This document shows positions 37,817-49,075 of a stretch of DNA of 64,000 nucleotides, piece by piece. The notes under the pieces were generated by a model. It did not search any database, was not told where the DNA came from, and was given only the letters and a program-made list of their open reading frames with translations. Every line of letters begins with the position of its first letter. Positions within the stretch are counted from its first letter, which is position 1. The stretch covers positions 186,001 through 250,000 of IMG/VR virus record IMGVR_UViG_3300027896_005002. One strand, written 5' to 3'. The position numbers and the translations under genes were made by a program.

Positions 37817-40081
37817 TTAATTGTTTATTGTAACTTTACTTCCATTTGCATCTTTTCTTACTGTCATCACATCTGAAAAAGCTTCTTTCAATTCAGAAAT
37901 ATGTGACACAATAAATATCTTCTTATACTGACTACTAATCAAATTTACTATCTCAATAAATTGATTCACTCCTTCTTGATCTAATGCTGCAACTCGCTCA
38001 TCTATAATTAATGTCTGACTGTTCTTACCAGCTCTTTTTGTCAACAAATATGATAATGACAATAATATTGCAAATACAATCCTAACTGTCTCACCGCCAC
38101 TATACATATTTAACGGTCTTGGTATATTTCCATTTTGATATATTATAATATCAAGACCGCCACGTTTTTTTGCTTTACCAGAACTTGTTATAGGATCTAA
38201 ATCAAATTTAACTAACAAATGATTATTTTTACAAAACATTGCTAACAATTCATTTGTCTTCTCTTCTAATATCGGCACATTATTCACAATAATGTCTTTT
38301 TGGATCCCATTTTTACCAAATGCAACACTTAATTCTGTATACACTCTCATATCATCATCTAACTTACTAATTTCTTCCTGCATTGTTTTGGCATCTTCAG
38401 CAGCTTGCTTTATTAATTCTATTTCACTTTTTAACCGACCACTTTCAGCAATAAATTCATTTTTTTGCTCAATCAGATCTTTTATATCTTGTAAAATAAC
38501 TTCAGATTGTTTCTTCAATTTTTTAATATTTTCAGAATAATTGGTACTTAATTTTGATGATAATTTCTCTTTCTTTTCAACAAACATCTCATATTCTTCT
38601 TTGGACTCACTAATTGTTTTTTCCAAATTTTCTTTTGATTTAGTTAAATTGTCAACAGCAGTTCGATACTTTATTTTCATTTTTGGTAATAACTCTTTTG
38701 CTGTTTCAACTTGCTGTAATTCACTTGTTGTTTTCGCTAATGATGACGCTAATGATGATTCTCTTTCAGTACGTTTACTAATAGCATCAATTTCACCACT
38801 AAATTCAATTATTTTTTCTTTAGCCTCTTCAAGTTCTTTTTGTATTCGACTAATACTAGATTCATTCTTATCGATATCTAAATCTAGATCTTTTATCATT
38901 CTGTCCTTGTTTTCTTTTGTTAATTTATCACATTGTTCTTCTGTAATAGGACAGACAGCACCAGATTTTTTAATTTTTTCTTTTTTTGCATTTAATGTTT
39001 TAAGAATAGTTGAAAATTCTGATTGTTGTTGTAGACACTTTTCTTTAACACCACGATAGGATTCTAATCTTACTTTAATAGAAGGTATTTTATCTTTTTC
39101 AAATTTAATAGTCTTTAGCTTTTTCTCATAATCATCTTTTGATTGTAGTAAATCTTTTTCTTTATCAACCAGATCTTGTAATTTTTCAATTTCATTTATA
39201 CCCTCATCAATCTTTTCATTCATTTCTTCATCAATCTTTTTTAATTCAAGTGTTAGCTTTAATGTCGTACTTTCAATTTTAGACATTTGTGTAGCAATAT
39301 CAGCTAATTTTTCTCTATTAGCTTCATTACTAGCCTGCTCAATTTTTAATTCTTCAATTTTATGATCACAACTTTCAACATCAATTTGTAATTTATTAAT
39401 ATCTTCATTATATTTTTTAATATTTTTCAGGGCAGTTTTATAATCTAGATCAACAATATTATTTCTTTCAATCACTCGTTTTTTGTCAGCCAAAACAATC
39501 TTTCTTGACTGTAATTGACTGTCAATATTTTTGATTCTATTTTTTGCTTCTTCTTCAGCCTGTTCATATATTTGAATATCTAATAGATTACACAATAATT
39601 CTTTTCTATCTGAAGCTTCACCTTCTATAAATGATGATGCTTCTTTTTGGCCAAAAAACACACTATTGCAAAATAGACTGTAATCAAGACCTATAATTGA
39701 TGATAATAATTCATCAGTCTTTCTTTTAGTATCATCAGACAATAATTTCCAATTTGCATCAGAATAGTTACCTTGATTTCTATCTATATACAATTCATTT
39801 ATATTTCCTTTTTGGCCGTACTGTCGTAATTTTCTGTATCTTGCATTCTCAGATATAAAAATAACTTCAATTCGCAATGTGTCGCAATGATCATTAATAT
39901 AGTCTGATAATTTTTTTCCTCTGCCTTCACCCCAAAAGCAGAAAGGTATGGCTTCAAGTAATGCGCTTTTTCCTTCACCGTTTTTACCAGAGAAAAGCAA
40001 AATGTGGTGTGTTGTAAAATCAACAAATTCTTCTTCAATAAAACTTAAATAGCCTTTAAGTCGAAGTGATTCAATTATCAT
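37817..40081 (-). CDS. sbcC: SbcC/Rad50 (gp46-like) ATPase
   Basis: GKNGEGKS, Q-loop FFGQ, hook variant CPIT, YSGGE, LIIDE, IVSH. Confidence 0.9.
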   Translation of the reverse strand: MIIESLRLKGYLSFIEEEFVDFTTHHILLFSGKNGEGKSALLEAIPFCFWGEGRGKKLSDYINDHCDTLRIEVIFISENARYRKLRQYGQKGNINELYIDRNQGNYSDANWKLLSDDTKRKTDELLSSIIGLDYSLFCNSVFFGQKEASSFIEGEASDRKELLCNLLDIQIYEQAEEEAKNRIKNIDSQLQSRKIVLADKKRVIERNNIVDLDYKTALKNIKKYNEDINKLQIDVESCDHKIEELKIEQASNEANREKLADIATQMSKIESTTLKLTLELKKIDEEMNEKIDEGINEIEKLQDLVDKEKDLLQSKDDYEKKLKTIKFEKDKIPSIKVRLESYRGVKEKCLQQQSEFSTILKTLNAKKEKIKKSGAVCPITEEQCDKLTKENKDRMIKDLDLDIDKNESSISRIQKELEEAKEKIIEFSGEIDAISKRTERESSLASSLAKTTSELQQVETAKELLPKMKIKYRTAVDNLTKSKENLEKTISESKEEYEMFVEKKEKLSSKLSTNYSENIKKLKKQSEVILQDIKDLIEQKNEFIAESGRLKSEIELIKQAAEDAKTMQEEISKLDDDMRVYTELSVAFGKNGIQKDIIVNNVPILEEKTNELLAMFCKNNHLLVKFDLDPITSSGKAKKRGGLDIIIYQNGNIPRPLNMYSGGETVRIVFAILLSLSYLLTKRAGKNSQTLIIDERVAALDQEGVNQFIEIVNLISSQYKKIFIVSHISELKEAFSDVMTVRKDANGSKVTINN

Positions 40082-40297
40082 ATTTATTTATCCAATGAAT
40101 TCATAAAATCAGAAATTTCTCTTAATTCCTTTGAATTAAGAACACTTGTAAAACAATCTTTAAATTCACCAGCGTCATGATATGTAAATACAGTAAATCC
40201 ATTTGGTCTGCAAATATATCCTACAACTTTTCCTCGTTTTTCAACAGTATGTGCATAATAAGTGCGTTTATCTTTTTTTACAAATTTTAAAGAACTT

Positions 40298-40828
40298 TTA
40301 TTTTTTGAATTCTTCATAAATCTTACTAATATTAACGGTATTTGTTTTTTGATATTTACCTTTGTACATAATAGATTGATCACCGGATAATGTCATGTAA
40401 ACAATCTGACAAAAATTAACAAATGGATATATCTTTACTGGCATTGTTACTACTATTTCTAAAGTCCAGTAATTTTCAAATCCATTATCTCCCCAGCCAG
40501 CAGTTTTATGAACATCAATACCCAAACGACCTATAGAGCTTCTACCTTGTATCTGAGGAGCAAAACCAACAGTCTTTGTCATTTCCATTGTTCGACCCAA
40601 ATACAAAATATTTGGTCTCAAAATATAACCATCTTCCGGTATCTTTATTGTTGTCGTCATTGTATTTGGCCGTCTCATGTCCAAATACCTACTCTTGTAA
40701 CACACTAATTCATCATGAAGTCTCAAATTATATGAATTAGGATTAACACGACTTTTATCAAAATCGCTTATGAAAATATTTCCAAGCTTGTGCTGCTTGA
40801 TAATTTCAGATCCCGTTAAAACTGACAT
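40298..40828 (-). CDS. dcd: dCTP deaminase
   Basis: VNPNSYNLRL, GRSSIGRLG, TAGWGD.GF, WTLEI, YKGKYQ. Confidence 0.9.
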   Translation of the reverse strand: MSVLTGSEIIKQHKLGNIFISDFDKSRVNPNSYNLRLHDELVCYKSRYLDMRRPNTMTTTIKIPEDGYILRPNILYLGRTMEMTKTVGFAPQIQGRSSIGRLGIDVHKTAGWGDNGFENYWTLEIVVTMPVKIYPFVNFCQIVYMTLSGDQSIMYKGKYQKTNTVNISKIYEEFKK

Positions 40829-40838
40829 TTCTATCTCC

Positions 40839-41549
40839 CTATTTTCGGAATTTTTTTGCTATTTCTGGAATTTTTGTTTTTGGTGATGACGCAAAAATTT
40901 CATCAAGAATTGACTTATCTACTCTAGTCCATGTTTCTGGTATATGAGTTATTTTGTTTTTACTTAATATGAATGTTCCAAATATACTTTTTACTACAAT
41001 AGTTTTTTTTGTAGAAGCATCAATAGATTTTAAAAGTAATTCTTTATGTTGTTCTATTAAATCTAATCCAGGACAACAACCTTTAATACAACACTTAAAT
41101 GCATCATTAGATTTTTTATTGAACCCACGACAGTTAAAACAATCAAATTTTAAATTATTTTTTAAATAATCTCTAAGTTTATTATATTGAATTTTTGGCA
41201 TTGATATACCAACAATTGGCGATGATGTTACTGCTTTTTTAAATTTATTATAATCTTTTTTGTAATCTTTTAAATCTTCATCTCTAAATGTATCTTGCAA
41301 ATTTAAAAATTCTTCATCAAATTTTGTCTCTTGTGGTTTTTGAATTAATTTAGATATTCTTTCAATCTCTCTTTTTATATACCAATTAGCTTTTTCCAAA
41401 TCTTCAACAGCATTTTCACTTTTCAATCCTGCACGCCAAATATATTTAATAGCATTACCAACATTAAAATTAAAATGTTCAACAATGTCAATACATTCTA
41501 CACCTGACGGATGCTCATTATAATGCTTCGGATGATTTACATTATTCAT
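40839..41549 (-). CDS. DUF3310-domain phage protein
   Basis: VNHPKHY..HPSGVECID...GNAIKYIWRAG.K...EDLEKA.WY. Confidence 0.8.
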   Translation of the reverse strand: MNNVNHPKHYNEHPSGVECIDIVEHFNFNVGNAIKYIWRAGLKSENAVEDLEKANWYIKREIERISKLIQKPQETKFDEEFLNLQDTFRDEDLKDYKKDYNKFKKAVTSSPIVGISMPKIQYNKLRDYLKNNLKFDCFNCRGFNKKSNDAFKCCIKGCCPGLDLIEQHKELLLKSIDASTKKTIVVKSIFGTFILSKNKITHIPETWTRVDKSILDEIFASSPKTKIPEIAKKFRK

Positions 41550-42035
41550 ATTTTTCTCCTATAAATTCATGTAAAGATGATACAATATCATTAGCATTTT
41601 TATTTGCAACTAAAAAGAATTTTTGTATTGATTGCGGCAAACATTTAAGTTCTTTAAAAGACAAAACAAGAAATTCCTTAGAATCATCTGTAAAGATAAA
41701 ACATAATTTCATTGGATCATCAATAATTGCAAGTTCACCAAAAGACTTATGATTATTAAATACGTCTATAAGCTTTTCTCTTAAATTTGCTTTTGTATCC
41801 ATATCTACCTCGATTTTGGTTAAAATATCATCTTCTATTTCTTTTCTTACTCGTTTTTCATTTAAATCCATACATATGTAACAAGCGATTAATATACTAA
41901 AAAAGGCAATAAAAAATATTACAATTATTTGTGTAATGGATAATGTCTTTAAAGCCGATCCACAAACGCCAACTGCACTTATAAGTGCAATTATTATTGA
42001 CCATTTGATATTAAACCGATCTAGTCTTACATTCA

Positions 42036-43241
42036 TCATATTGATTTTATCTGTTTTAAAATATCAGTTCCATACTCAATTACTTTATCACTTATATCTT
42101 TAAATTTATCAACATGTTTCTCAACATACTTTTTAAGTGCATCATTCGGCAAATCAACACTAGTTATTTTTTCACCCTCTTCAACTACTTCATCATTCAA
42201 AATATTAATGTCAGTACCACTAAAATATAATGCATTCTTCCTAAGATATGATTCAATTTCATCAAATTTGATAGATGATAACTTTGTTGATGAAATATCA
42301 CTTTTAACTCTTACAATCATTCTACTAACATCAACTGACTGTACTTTGTTAATAAGTGATGTTATACATTCACGACTATCATCATCTTTTGTAATCCTTA
42401 AACTAAATGTCTTAAATATCGTGTCATTCACTTTTATAAATTCATCTTTACCATCTTCAAAAACATAAAAACCTTTTTCTTCATTCTCTTCAGTAAAATC
42501 AATTCTACTTAGTGATCCAACATGTTTGGCAATATCACTCAAATTTTGCTGTTTATGAATGTGACCCAAATAAATTGCTGTCCAATCACCGTCATCAAAA
42601 TCAGACACATTTATTTTATTTTCATATTCATTACTTGACATATCTAAATCAAAACTATTTCCTAATACAGATTTATCTGTCCCAAAATGACCAAAAAATA
42701 ATTTATACTTTGCTTTACTTTTCTTTGTTTGCTCATTAAATTCTTTAATCTTGGTTTTCTGATAATTCAAAAAATCTTCTGCTGTCAATAAATTCTCTCT
42801 ACCTCTATTAACAAATGGCAACATATATAATTCTATATCACCAATTCTCTCAACCTTCGGCCATGAATATACTTCAAGATCTTCAATCAAATCACATAAT
42901 TCTTGTGTCTCAGATAATGCATGAGCACCATCAGACGTTGTCGTCATATCATGATTGCCAGTTAATAATATAACTCTGATTCCATTATTGACTAATTTTC
43001 TGATTCTTCTTGCAAATTGTTGTCTAATCTTTGAATTGGGATGTTTTATACGGTAAATATCACCAACAATAATAAAAACATTTACTTCATGTTGTATACT
43101 ATACTCTATAGAAAAATCAAGATTTCTTAACACATCTAATAATCTAGTGTTAAGTCCAGTTTCTTTATTTATAGAACCGTAAGAATAATCTCCAATGTGT
43201 GGATCAGAAATAATTGCAAATTTCATCTTATTCCTTAACAA
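42036..43241 (-). CDS. sbcD: SbcD/Mre11 (gp47-like) nuclease
   Basis: SDPHIG, VGD, GNHD, FGH, LGHIH, GSL.RIDF.E. Confidence 0.9.
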   Translation of the reverse strand: MLRNKMKFAIISDPHIGDYSYGSINKETGLNTRLLDVLRNLDFSIEYSIQHEVNVFIIVGDIYRIKHPNSKIRQQFARRIRKLVNNGIRVILLTGNHDMTTTSDGAHALSETQELCDLIEDLEVYSWPKVERIGDIELYMLPFVNRGRENLLTAEDFLNYQKTKIKEFNEQTKKSKAKYKLFFGHFGTDKSVLGNSFDLDMSSNEYENKINVSDFDDGDWTAIYLGHIHKQQNLSDIAKHVGSLSRIDFTEENEEKGFYVFEDGKDEFIKVNDTIFKTFSLRITKDDDSRECITSLINKVQSVDVSRMIVRVKSDISSTKLSSIKFDEIESYLRKNALYFSGTDINILNDEVVEEGEKITSVDLPNDALKKYVEKHVDKFKDISDKVIEYGTDILKQIKSI

Positions 43242-43471
43242 CTATCACTGCAGTTTTACAAATAATTTTTTCTACTACAGAGTTTTCTGATGGTACTAAT
43301 ATTAAATTTGAAACTATAACTTCATTAGGATTGTCTTTACTTTGAGCAGCTTCATCATATCGTTCAACATAAAGTCTATTATGGTTTAATAGTAAACTAG
43401 ATAAACCACAAAATGGTCTTTTTTCTTTCATAATAATTTCTATATACATAATTAATGATTTGATTTACTGC

Positions 43472-43507
43472 AAAAAAAAGGTAGTTATCAAAAAATAACT
43501 ACCTTTT
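43472..43507 (-). terminator. Intrinsic terminator
   Basis: aaaaggtagttat/ataactacctttt stem with T-run on minus strand. Confidence 0.7.
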
Positions 43508-43529
43508 CGAAACAAAAATAATTTTCAGG

Positions 43530-44051
43530 CTATTGTCCTGCAATTATTGAAACTCCGAGTAAAAAAAGTATTGTTTTTACAGCTTTTCCATCAACTTGTT
43601 TATACATCCCTGCAATACCCACAGTTGGTGAAAATATAGTAGTACCACCTAATCCACTTACAGAAAGAGCTCCGCCAATTTCAGTTTGATTTTTTGCCTC
43701 AGGCGCATTACGATAAATAAAATCTAAATCGCCTGACCAAAGTGTTTTCGTTTTTCCTTCTTCCTGTGCTTGTTTCAATATACAAACTCCAAGCCCATTT
43801 GCTTGAAATGATGTAGGTGCACCACCATTTACAAGATCATATGCAAGACCACTTATTAAAACATTTGGCTTAAAAGATACAATGGCACCTTTGAAGATTG
43901 AATCAACCTTCGTCGTCAGTTTCAATGTACGTTGTATTGTAGTAGAATCAAGCTTAAATGATGTTGGCTTAAGAAAAAAGTCTAATCCTCTAAATTGTGT
44001 TTCACCGAACAAAAACATAGGCACTAATAAGATAAAAAGACAGCGTTTCAT
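43530..44051 (-). CDS. Secreted beta-rich (outer-membrane-like) protein
   Basis: Sec-type signal MKRCLFILLVPMFLFG; amphipathic beta strands. Confidence 0.45.
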   Translation of the reverse strand: MKRCLFILLVPMFLFGETQFRGLDFFLKPTSFKLDSTTIQRTLKLTTKVDSIFKGAIVSFKPNVLISGLAYDLVNGGAPTSFQANGLGVCILKQAQEEGKTKTLWSGDLDFIYRNAPEAKNQTEIGGALSVSGLGGTTIFSPTVGIAGMYKQVDGKAVKTILFLLGVSIIAGQ

Positions 44052-44199
44052 ATTTCCTCCACTAACATGGTTTCCTCAATTTCTTGAGGTGGTAAACAAT
44101 TATCAGCTTCCCAACACTCGTCTGAGCAGTAATGATCGTCAACGTTTTTTGTCTGGTATACATTACCACATTTTTTACAATTAGGCATATGTAACTCCT

Positions 44200-44706
44200 T
44201 TAAAAGTTTCCTGAACTACCAAATCCTTTATCATTTCTTTCAGTTTCATCTAAATCTGTAACTTCAACAATTTCCGAATAAACTACAGGACATACAACCA
44301 ATTGAGCAATTTTCTCACCAACTTTAATTTGTTGTCTATTATTACTAAGATTAATAATAATAACACCAATAGGCCCTCTATATGATGCATCAATTGTACC
44401 CGGCGTATTTACAATGCTTAATCCTCTATTCAATGCATTACCACTACGAGGACGAACTTGAATTTCAAAACCTTCTTGAACCGTAGCAGATATTCCAGTA
44501 TTAATTAATACTCTATCCATAGAATCTAAAGTGATTGATTCTTCTTCTTGCAAATCATCATTATTTATTGCACCCGGAATTGAAAATAATTTTTCAAATC
44601 TATATACAAAAACATCCGCACCAGATTCAAATTGACCACCTCTAACGGGCAATTTTGCATCTGCAAATAACTTTTTCACTTTCATTGTAGGTAATGTCAG
44701 ATTCAT
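44200..44706 (-). CDS. dut: Trimeric dUTPase
   Basis: SGAD, RPRSG, NTPGTIDASYRG, KIAQ, R..KGFGSSG. Confidence 0.93.
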   Translation of the reverse strand: MNLTLPTMKVKKLFADAKLPVRGGQFESGADVFVYRFEKLFSIPGAINNDDLQEEESITLDSMDRVLINTGISATVQEGFEIQVRPRSGNALNRGLSIVNTPGTIDASYRGPIGVIIINLSNNRQQIKVGEKIAQLVVCPVVYSEIVEVTDLDETERNDKGFGSSGNF

Positions 44707-44748
44707 ATTAATTTCTTTCTATATAAAGTTATTTAATTTCATATTAAT

Positions 44749-47700
44749 TTACCCGCACCGCGAGTCTCCACATTGCAGGCATTTGTAGCATCCGCCTTCC
44801 ATAATAACTGAATTTTCTGCTCCGCAAGCTTCACATTTCATACTAATTACTGTTCCATCTTTTATTGTTAACGATATGAATTTTCTAACAGCCGTCAACA
44901 AACTTGAAATATTGTCACCCTCAATGTTTCGCAATGCAATTAATATATCTTCTCGTTTGATGTTGTGTCTTAAACAAAGTGAAATCATGCGTCCCAATCT
45001 ATTGTAAGAATAATCTACTTTCGCTTTGTCAATACACTGTTGAATTATTGAATTATCAACTCCTTTCTCAATTGCTAATTGTGCTAATTTTCTAGACGCT
45101 TTATTACAAACTTTAACCTGGCCAATTTCTCTGCTATTACTATATATCCACAAACATATTGGATATTTCATGTCAGTATCTTCGGGCAAGAAACTAAAAT
45201 GTATGTAGAATTTTTGACCTTCTCTTTTTATAATTCTTGTTGGTCCATTTAAAAATACTTCTGGAAGTTTAATGTCTCTTTTAATGATTTTTTGTTCTTT
45301 GTTAGCTTCTTCTAAACTGGAGATTACCGATTCCATACAACCGTCTCTATAGGTCGTAAAACCATTTAATCCCCGTTTCCAAGCATCAATATATAATTGT
45401 TTAAAATTTTCAAAAGGAAAGTCATGAGGTACATTACAGGTTTTAGAAACTGACTGATTACAATAATATTGAACAACTTCTTGAATATTGAGATGATCTT
45501 CAGTCTTTAAATCTTTTGTAGTTACTAAATAAGCAGAATGATCTTTATCTGGAAAGTTATCTAATAGCCATTGATAACCATAATCTCTTACAATGTTTAC
45601 TTCACATAATCCTCTATTATGAGGTTCATAATAATATATTTTACCGTTATAAGACCCTCTCCAATATTCAAAATCTTTCTTTTTGTGATATTTCAAAACA
45701 TCTTTTACATTATCATCACTTAAACCTTCAGGCCACAAACCACATATTACAATACGTTCATATTCTAATGAAAAAACTGGTTCAATAGCATTTGACACAT
45801 TATTACAAACTATAGAACTATTTCCTAATGGTGGATTTGTGGTCGTTTTAGCATTTCGTACACCATGCTGAATTATTAATTCTTTTGTTTTATTCCACAA
45901 TCTGTCAGATAAAAAATATTCTGTATTTTGAAATTTTTCAGTATTATATGCTGTAAATGTTCCTTTTTCTTTTGCTAACAATGCCGATGCTTGCCATACA
46001 AGATTTTCCTTCAATTCACATATTTTCTTTGTAAATTTTATAGCCTCTTTTGAATTATATGACATTCCCAACATAAATAATGCCGATCCCAAACCATTAA
46101 TTCCCATACCAAATTGACGAAAATTTCTTACAACATATTCATATGATGGTAATGGCAAATTAGTCAAATCATTAACATTATCTAACATTCTTGCAAAAAT
46201 GCCTATATCATAAGCATACTGATCAATATCAAATTGTGGTTTCCCATCTTTATCAATATAAATATATTGAGTAATATTCAATGATCCAAGTAGGCAGACA
46301 GTTGTAATTGATGATAATCCGCCGATTTCTCCGCAATTTTTAACAAATATGCCACTACTTTGTAAATATCTATCATCATCAAATGATGTAATAACTGCAT
46401 AATTATGATTGTCATCAACTGTAATATTATAAACATCTTCATAACCATAAAACTCAATACTTTTTACTTTATGATTAGCTTCAGCAATTCTTTCAGCTGC
46501 TTTAAACATTTTACTCATTGTAGCATAATTTAAATTTTCAAGTCTATATTTTGAAAATGTTGGTAATTTATTAGTTTTTAATCTTTGTATTATTTCTCGT
46601 TTGCATGGTGATTTTTTATATTTAATTTTAAAATTTTTAATTATTTCTATAATTTTATTGAAATAATCTTCATTAGATATTTTAGCAGCTCTACCATTTT
46701 TTAATCCCGACACAGCTTCACTCATATTTTTATGATATCGTTCGGGATCTTTTATTCTTTTTGGAAAATCATACATTGGATTTTTTTTACCACTAATATC
46801 ATGAACCATATCATGTTCTTCAACCGTCATTTTCTTCAAATTTTCAGGTCGATCATTATAATGATTAAAATCATCATGATGTATTCTATGTAATTTAGAA
46901 TCAATTAAATCATTAGGATAGTAAAATTCATATATTAATCTATATTGTCGTCTGCTTAAACATAATCCTGAAGATTTTTTTAATTTTGATGACTGAGCTA
47001 TTTGTCTATAAGTAGTATGTCCATAACTTATATAAGAATCAAAAGGAACAATACTGTCACCAGGTATTAAATCTTTTAGATTAATCTCAGTACCTTTACT
47101 AGAACATATTTTGTGATCAGGAGTAGCAATAAAATAAGAATTATCATCTAATGTTAATTTCCATACTTCTTTCTTTTCGCCTGTTTTTCGTGGATTTCGA
47201 CCCATTTTAATTTCAACAGCGCCTGTAGAAAAATTTCTTGAATATACAGGAACATCTTTAGCTTCTTCAGCTAATTGTTTAAAAGTCACACCATTTCTTC
47301 CATCAGCGACAGCTGCTATTGATGAACCAATTACACATGGATTTGTTGTGTCGCATTTACCGAGATATGCTAGCGGATTATTTCTGTGCATGTTGTCAAC
47401 AAATAATACTCCAGGTTCTGCTCTATTATATGTTGACTGCATTATCAAGTCATATAGTTCTCTTGCTTTAATTCTTTTGTAAACTTTACCTTTAAAATGA
47501 AGATCATATAAATCATCGGCAACAACTGCTTCCATGAATTTATCATCAATTAAAACTGATAAATTGAATTTTGTTAAAACTCCTGAAGATTGTTTTACAC
47601 GAATAAATTCTTCAATATCAGGATGATGACACGGTAAGACGCCCATCATAGCACCTTTTCGTGTCTGCCTCTTCATTATGTTTTTTAATTCATCAAATTG

Positions 47701-48336
47701 TTGTACAGTTAAATGATTTTTTAATTTGTCAACATACCCATCATCAGTTCCTTTAACCATACATTCTGAAACTGTGTCCCATAATTTTGCATAGGATAAA
47801 ACACCTGGATGTCTAATTCCAGTGCCTTTGATTACTGCATTTCGAGGTCTAATAAAACCTAAATTTATTCCATAACCGCCTTCAGAAGCCAGTGTTTTGG
47901 CTTGTTCCATTATTGTCAAGAAAATATTTGTGAGATCATCTGGATTATCATCTGTTTCAATATCAACATCATAAATTACAGATTTATCTTCAGTTTGTCG
48001 TTTATATTTTATTGATGCACCAGAAACAGGTCCATTAATAAAACAATTCATTAATGTAGCATTTTTATAATCTGTTCCTAAATTGGCAGTTATTCTACCA
48101 CCTAAAGTCACTTTAAGACCCATAGGTTCTTTATTAGGATAACCATTATCATCAACATCGAAATCGCCATCAAATTTTAGTAGAGTTTGTAAAAAGGGCT
48201 TGTACCATTTTTGGGGATCTTTTTCAACAGATGCAAGAGTTTTTGCACATCTTATAAAAGTTTCAAGTTCTGATTCATTTTTATACTGATACTTCTTCTC
48301 CCAATTCTCTTTTGCAAGTGATGTTTTGAAAATCAT
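44749..48336 (-). CDS. nrdJ: Class II (AdoCbl-dependent) ribonucleotide reductase with intein
   Basis: NCF, GGYG, RKGAMM, HPDIEEFI, FNLSV, AEPG, TNPC/CGE, CLLGSLN, QSVSKTCN, C-terminal Zn ribbon; no R2 gene in window. Confidence 0.88.
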   Translation of the reverse strand: MIFKTSLAKENWEKKYQYKNESELETFIRCAKTLASVEKDPQKWYKPFLQTLLKFDGDFDVDDNGYPNKEPMGLKVTLGGRITANLGTDYKNATLMNCFINGPVSGASIKYKRQTEDKSVIYDVDIETDDNPDDLTNIFLTIMEQAKTLASEGGYGINLGFIRPRNAVIKGTGIRHPGVLSYAKLWDTVSECMVKGTDDGYVDKLKNHLTVQQFDELKNIMKRQTRKGAMMGVLPCHHPDIEEFIRVKQSSGVLTKFNLSVLIDDKFMEAVVADDLYDLHFKGKVYKRIKARELYDLIMQSTYNRAEPGVLFVDNMHRNNPLAYLGKCDTTNPCVIGSSIAAVADGRNGVTFKQLAEEAKDVPVYSRNFSTGAVEIKMGRNPRKTGEKKEVWKLTLDDNSYFIATPDHKICSSKGTEINLKDLIPGDSIVPFDSYISYGHTTYRQIAQSSKLKKSSGLCLSRRQYRLIYEFYYPNDLIDSKLHRIHHDDFNHYNDRPENLKKMTVEEHDMVHDISGKKNPMYDFPKRIKDPERYHKNMSEAVSGLKNGRAAKISNEDYFNKIIEIIKNFKIKYKKSPCKREIIQRLKTNKLPTFSKYRLENLNYATMSKMFKAAERIAEANHKVKSIEFYGYEDVYNITVDDNHNYAVITSFDDDRYLQSSGIFVKNCGEIGGLSSITTVCLLGSLNITQYIYIDKDGKPQFDIDQYAYDIGIFARMLDNVNDLTNLPLPSYEYVVRNFRQFGMGINGLGSALFMLGMSYNSKEAIKFTKKICELKENLVWQASALLAKEKGTFTAYNTEKFQNTEYFLSDRLWNKTKELIIQHGVRNAKTTTNPPLGNSSIVCNNVSNAIEPVFSLEYERIVICGLWPEGLSDDNVKDVLKYHKKKDFEYWRGSYNGKIYYYEPHNRGLCEVNIVRDYGYQWLLDNFPDKDHSAYLVTTKDLKTEDHLNIQEVVQYYCNQSVSKTCNVPHDFPFENFKQLYIDAWKRGLNGFTTYRDGCMESVISSLEEANKEQKIIKRDIKLPEVFLNGPTRIIKREGQKFYIHFSFLPEDTDMKYPICLWIYSNSREIGQVKVCNKASRKLAQLAIEKGVDNSIIQQCIDKAKVDYSYNRLGRMISLCLRHNIKREDILIALRNIEGDNISSLLTAVRKFISLTIKDGTVISMKCEACGAENSVIMEGGCYKCLQCGDSRCG
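46336..47337 (-). mobile_element. Intein (334 aa) with HNH-type endonuclease in RNR active site
   Basis: TTNP|CVIGS...ATPDHK...RIHHDDFNHYNDRPENL...DVYNITVDDNHNY...FVKN|CGE. Confidence 0.88.
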
Positions 48337-49075
48337 AGTTACTAATTTATCTCCATTTACAAAGAGGTATTAATTTTTTCCAACCCATAACTATATGAAT
48401 AAATAAATAAAATTTTAATAGTTTGTAAACTAAGTTTTATCATTTTCCTTTAATCTCATTACCAGAAGCATGTCAATTTGTTCTAATATATATCTATATC
48501 TACGCGTTATGTCTTCCCATGACTGTCCTCGTTGTGATGTAGATTGGTCGAATCGTTTTCTGATACGTTCCTTTAACCATAATAATGAGTCAGATCCATC
48601 ATGCATTTGCAATTTGCTCTCATACAAGATTCCCAAAAATTTCAGCACTTCATCCTGTGATATTTTTGTGATTTGCAAATCTTTTGTACCTAAAATTTTG
48701 TTAAGTAACCAATTAGTATTAATTTCACTTGAGGCATATCTTGCTTTTATACCACTTGTAAATAAAGGAATGGGAGCTTCAGGATTAAAAATTTCTTTCA
48801 TGATAAATTTATTGGCAAAATTTATCAATTGAATTACGTTTAAAACTTGAGGCAAATTTTGGCAGTCACTTTTTCAAATAACTTATCAATTTCTGTAGCA
48901 TTCTTTTTTGGCGGCTCATAACAACTATCATTTAAAGCTTTAACACAAATATCGGCAATTTTTTTTGAAAAACACATACCAACAAATTTGGTACATCGTC
49001 GACGTTTACTATCAAAATATTCAAAAGCTATTGGATATTCTTTTTCTTTTGATTCAAAAGTCTTATAAGACATAA

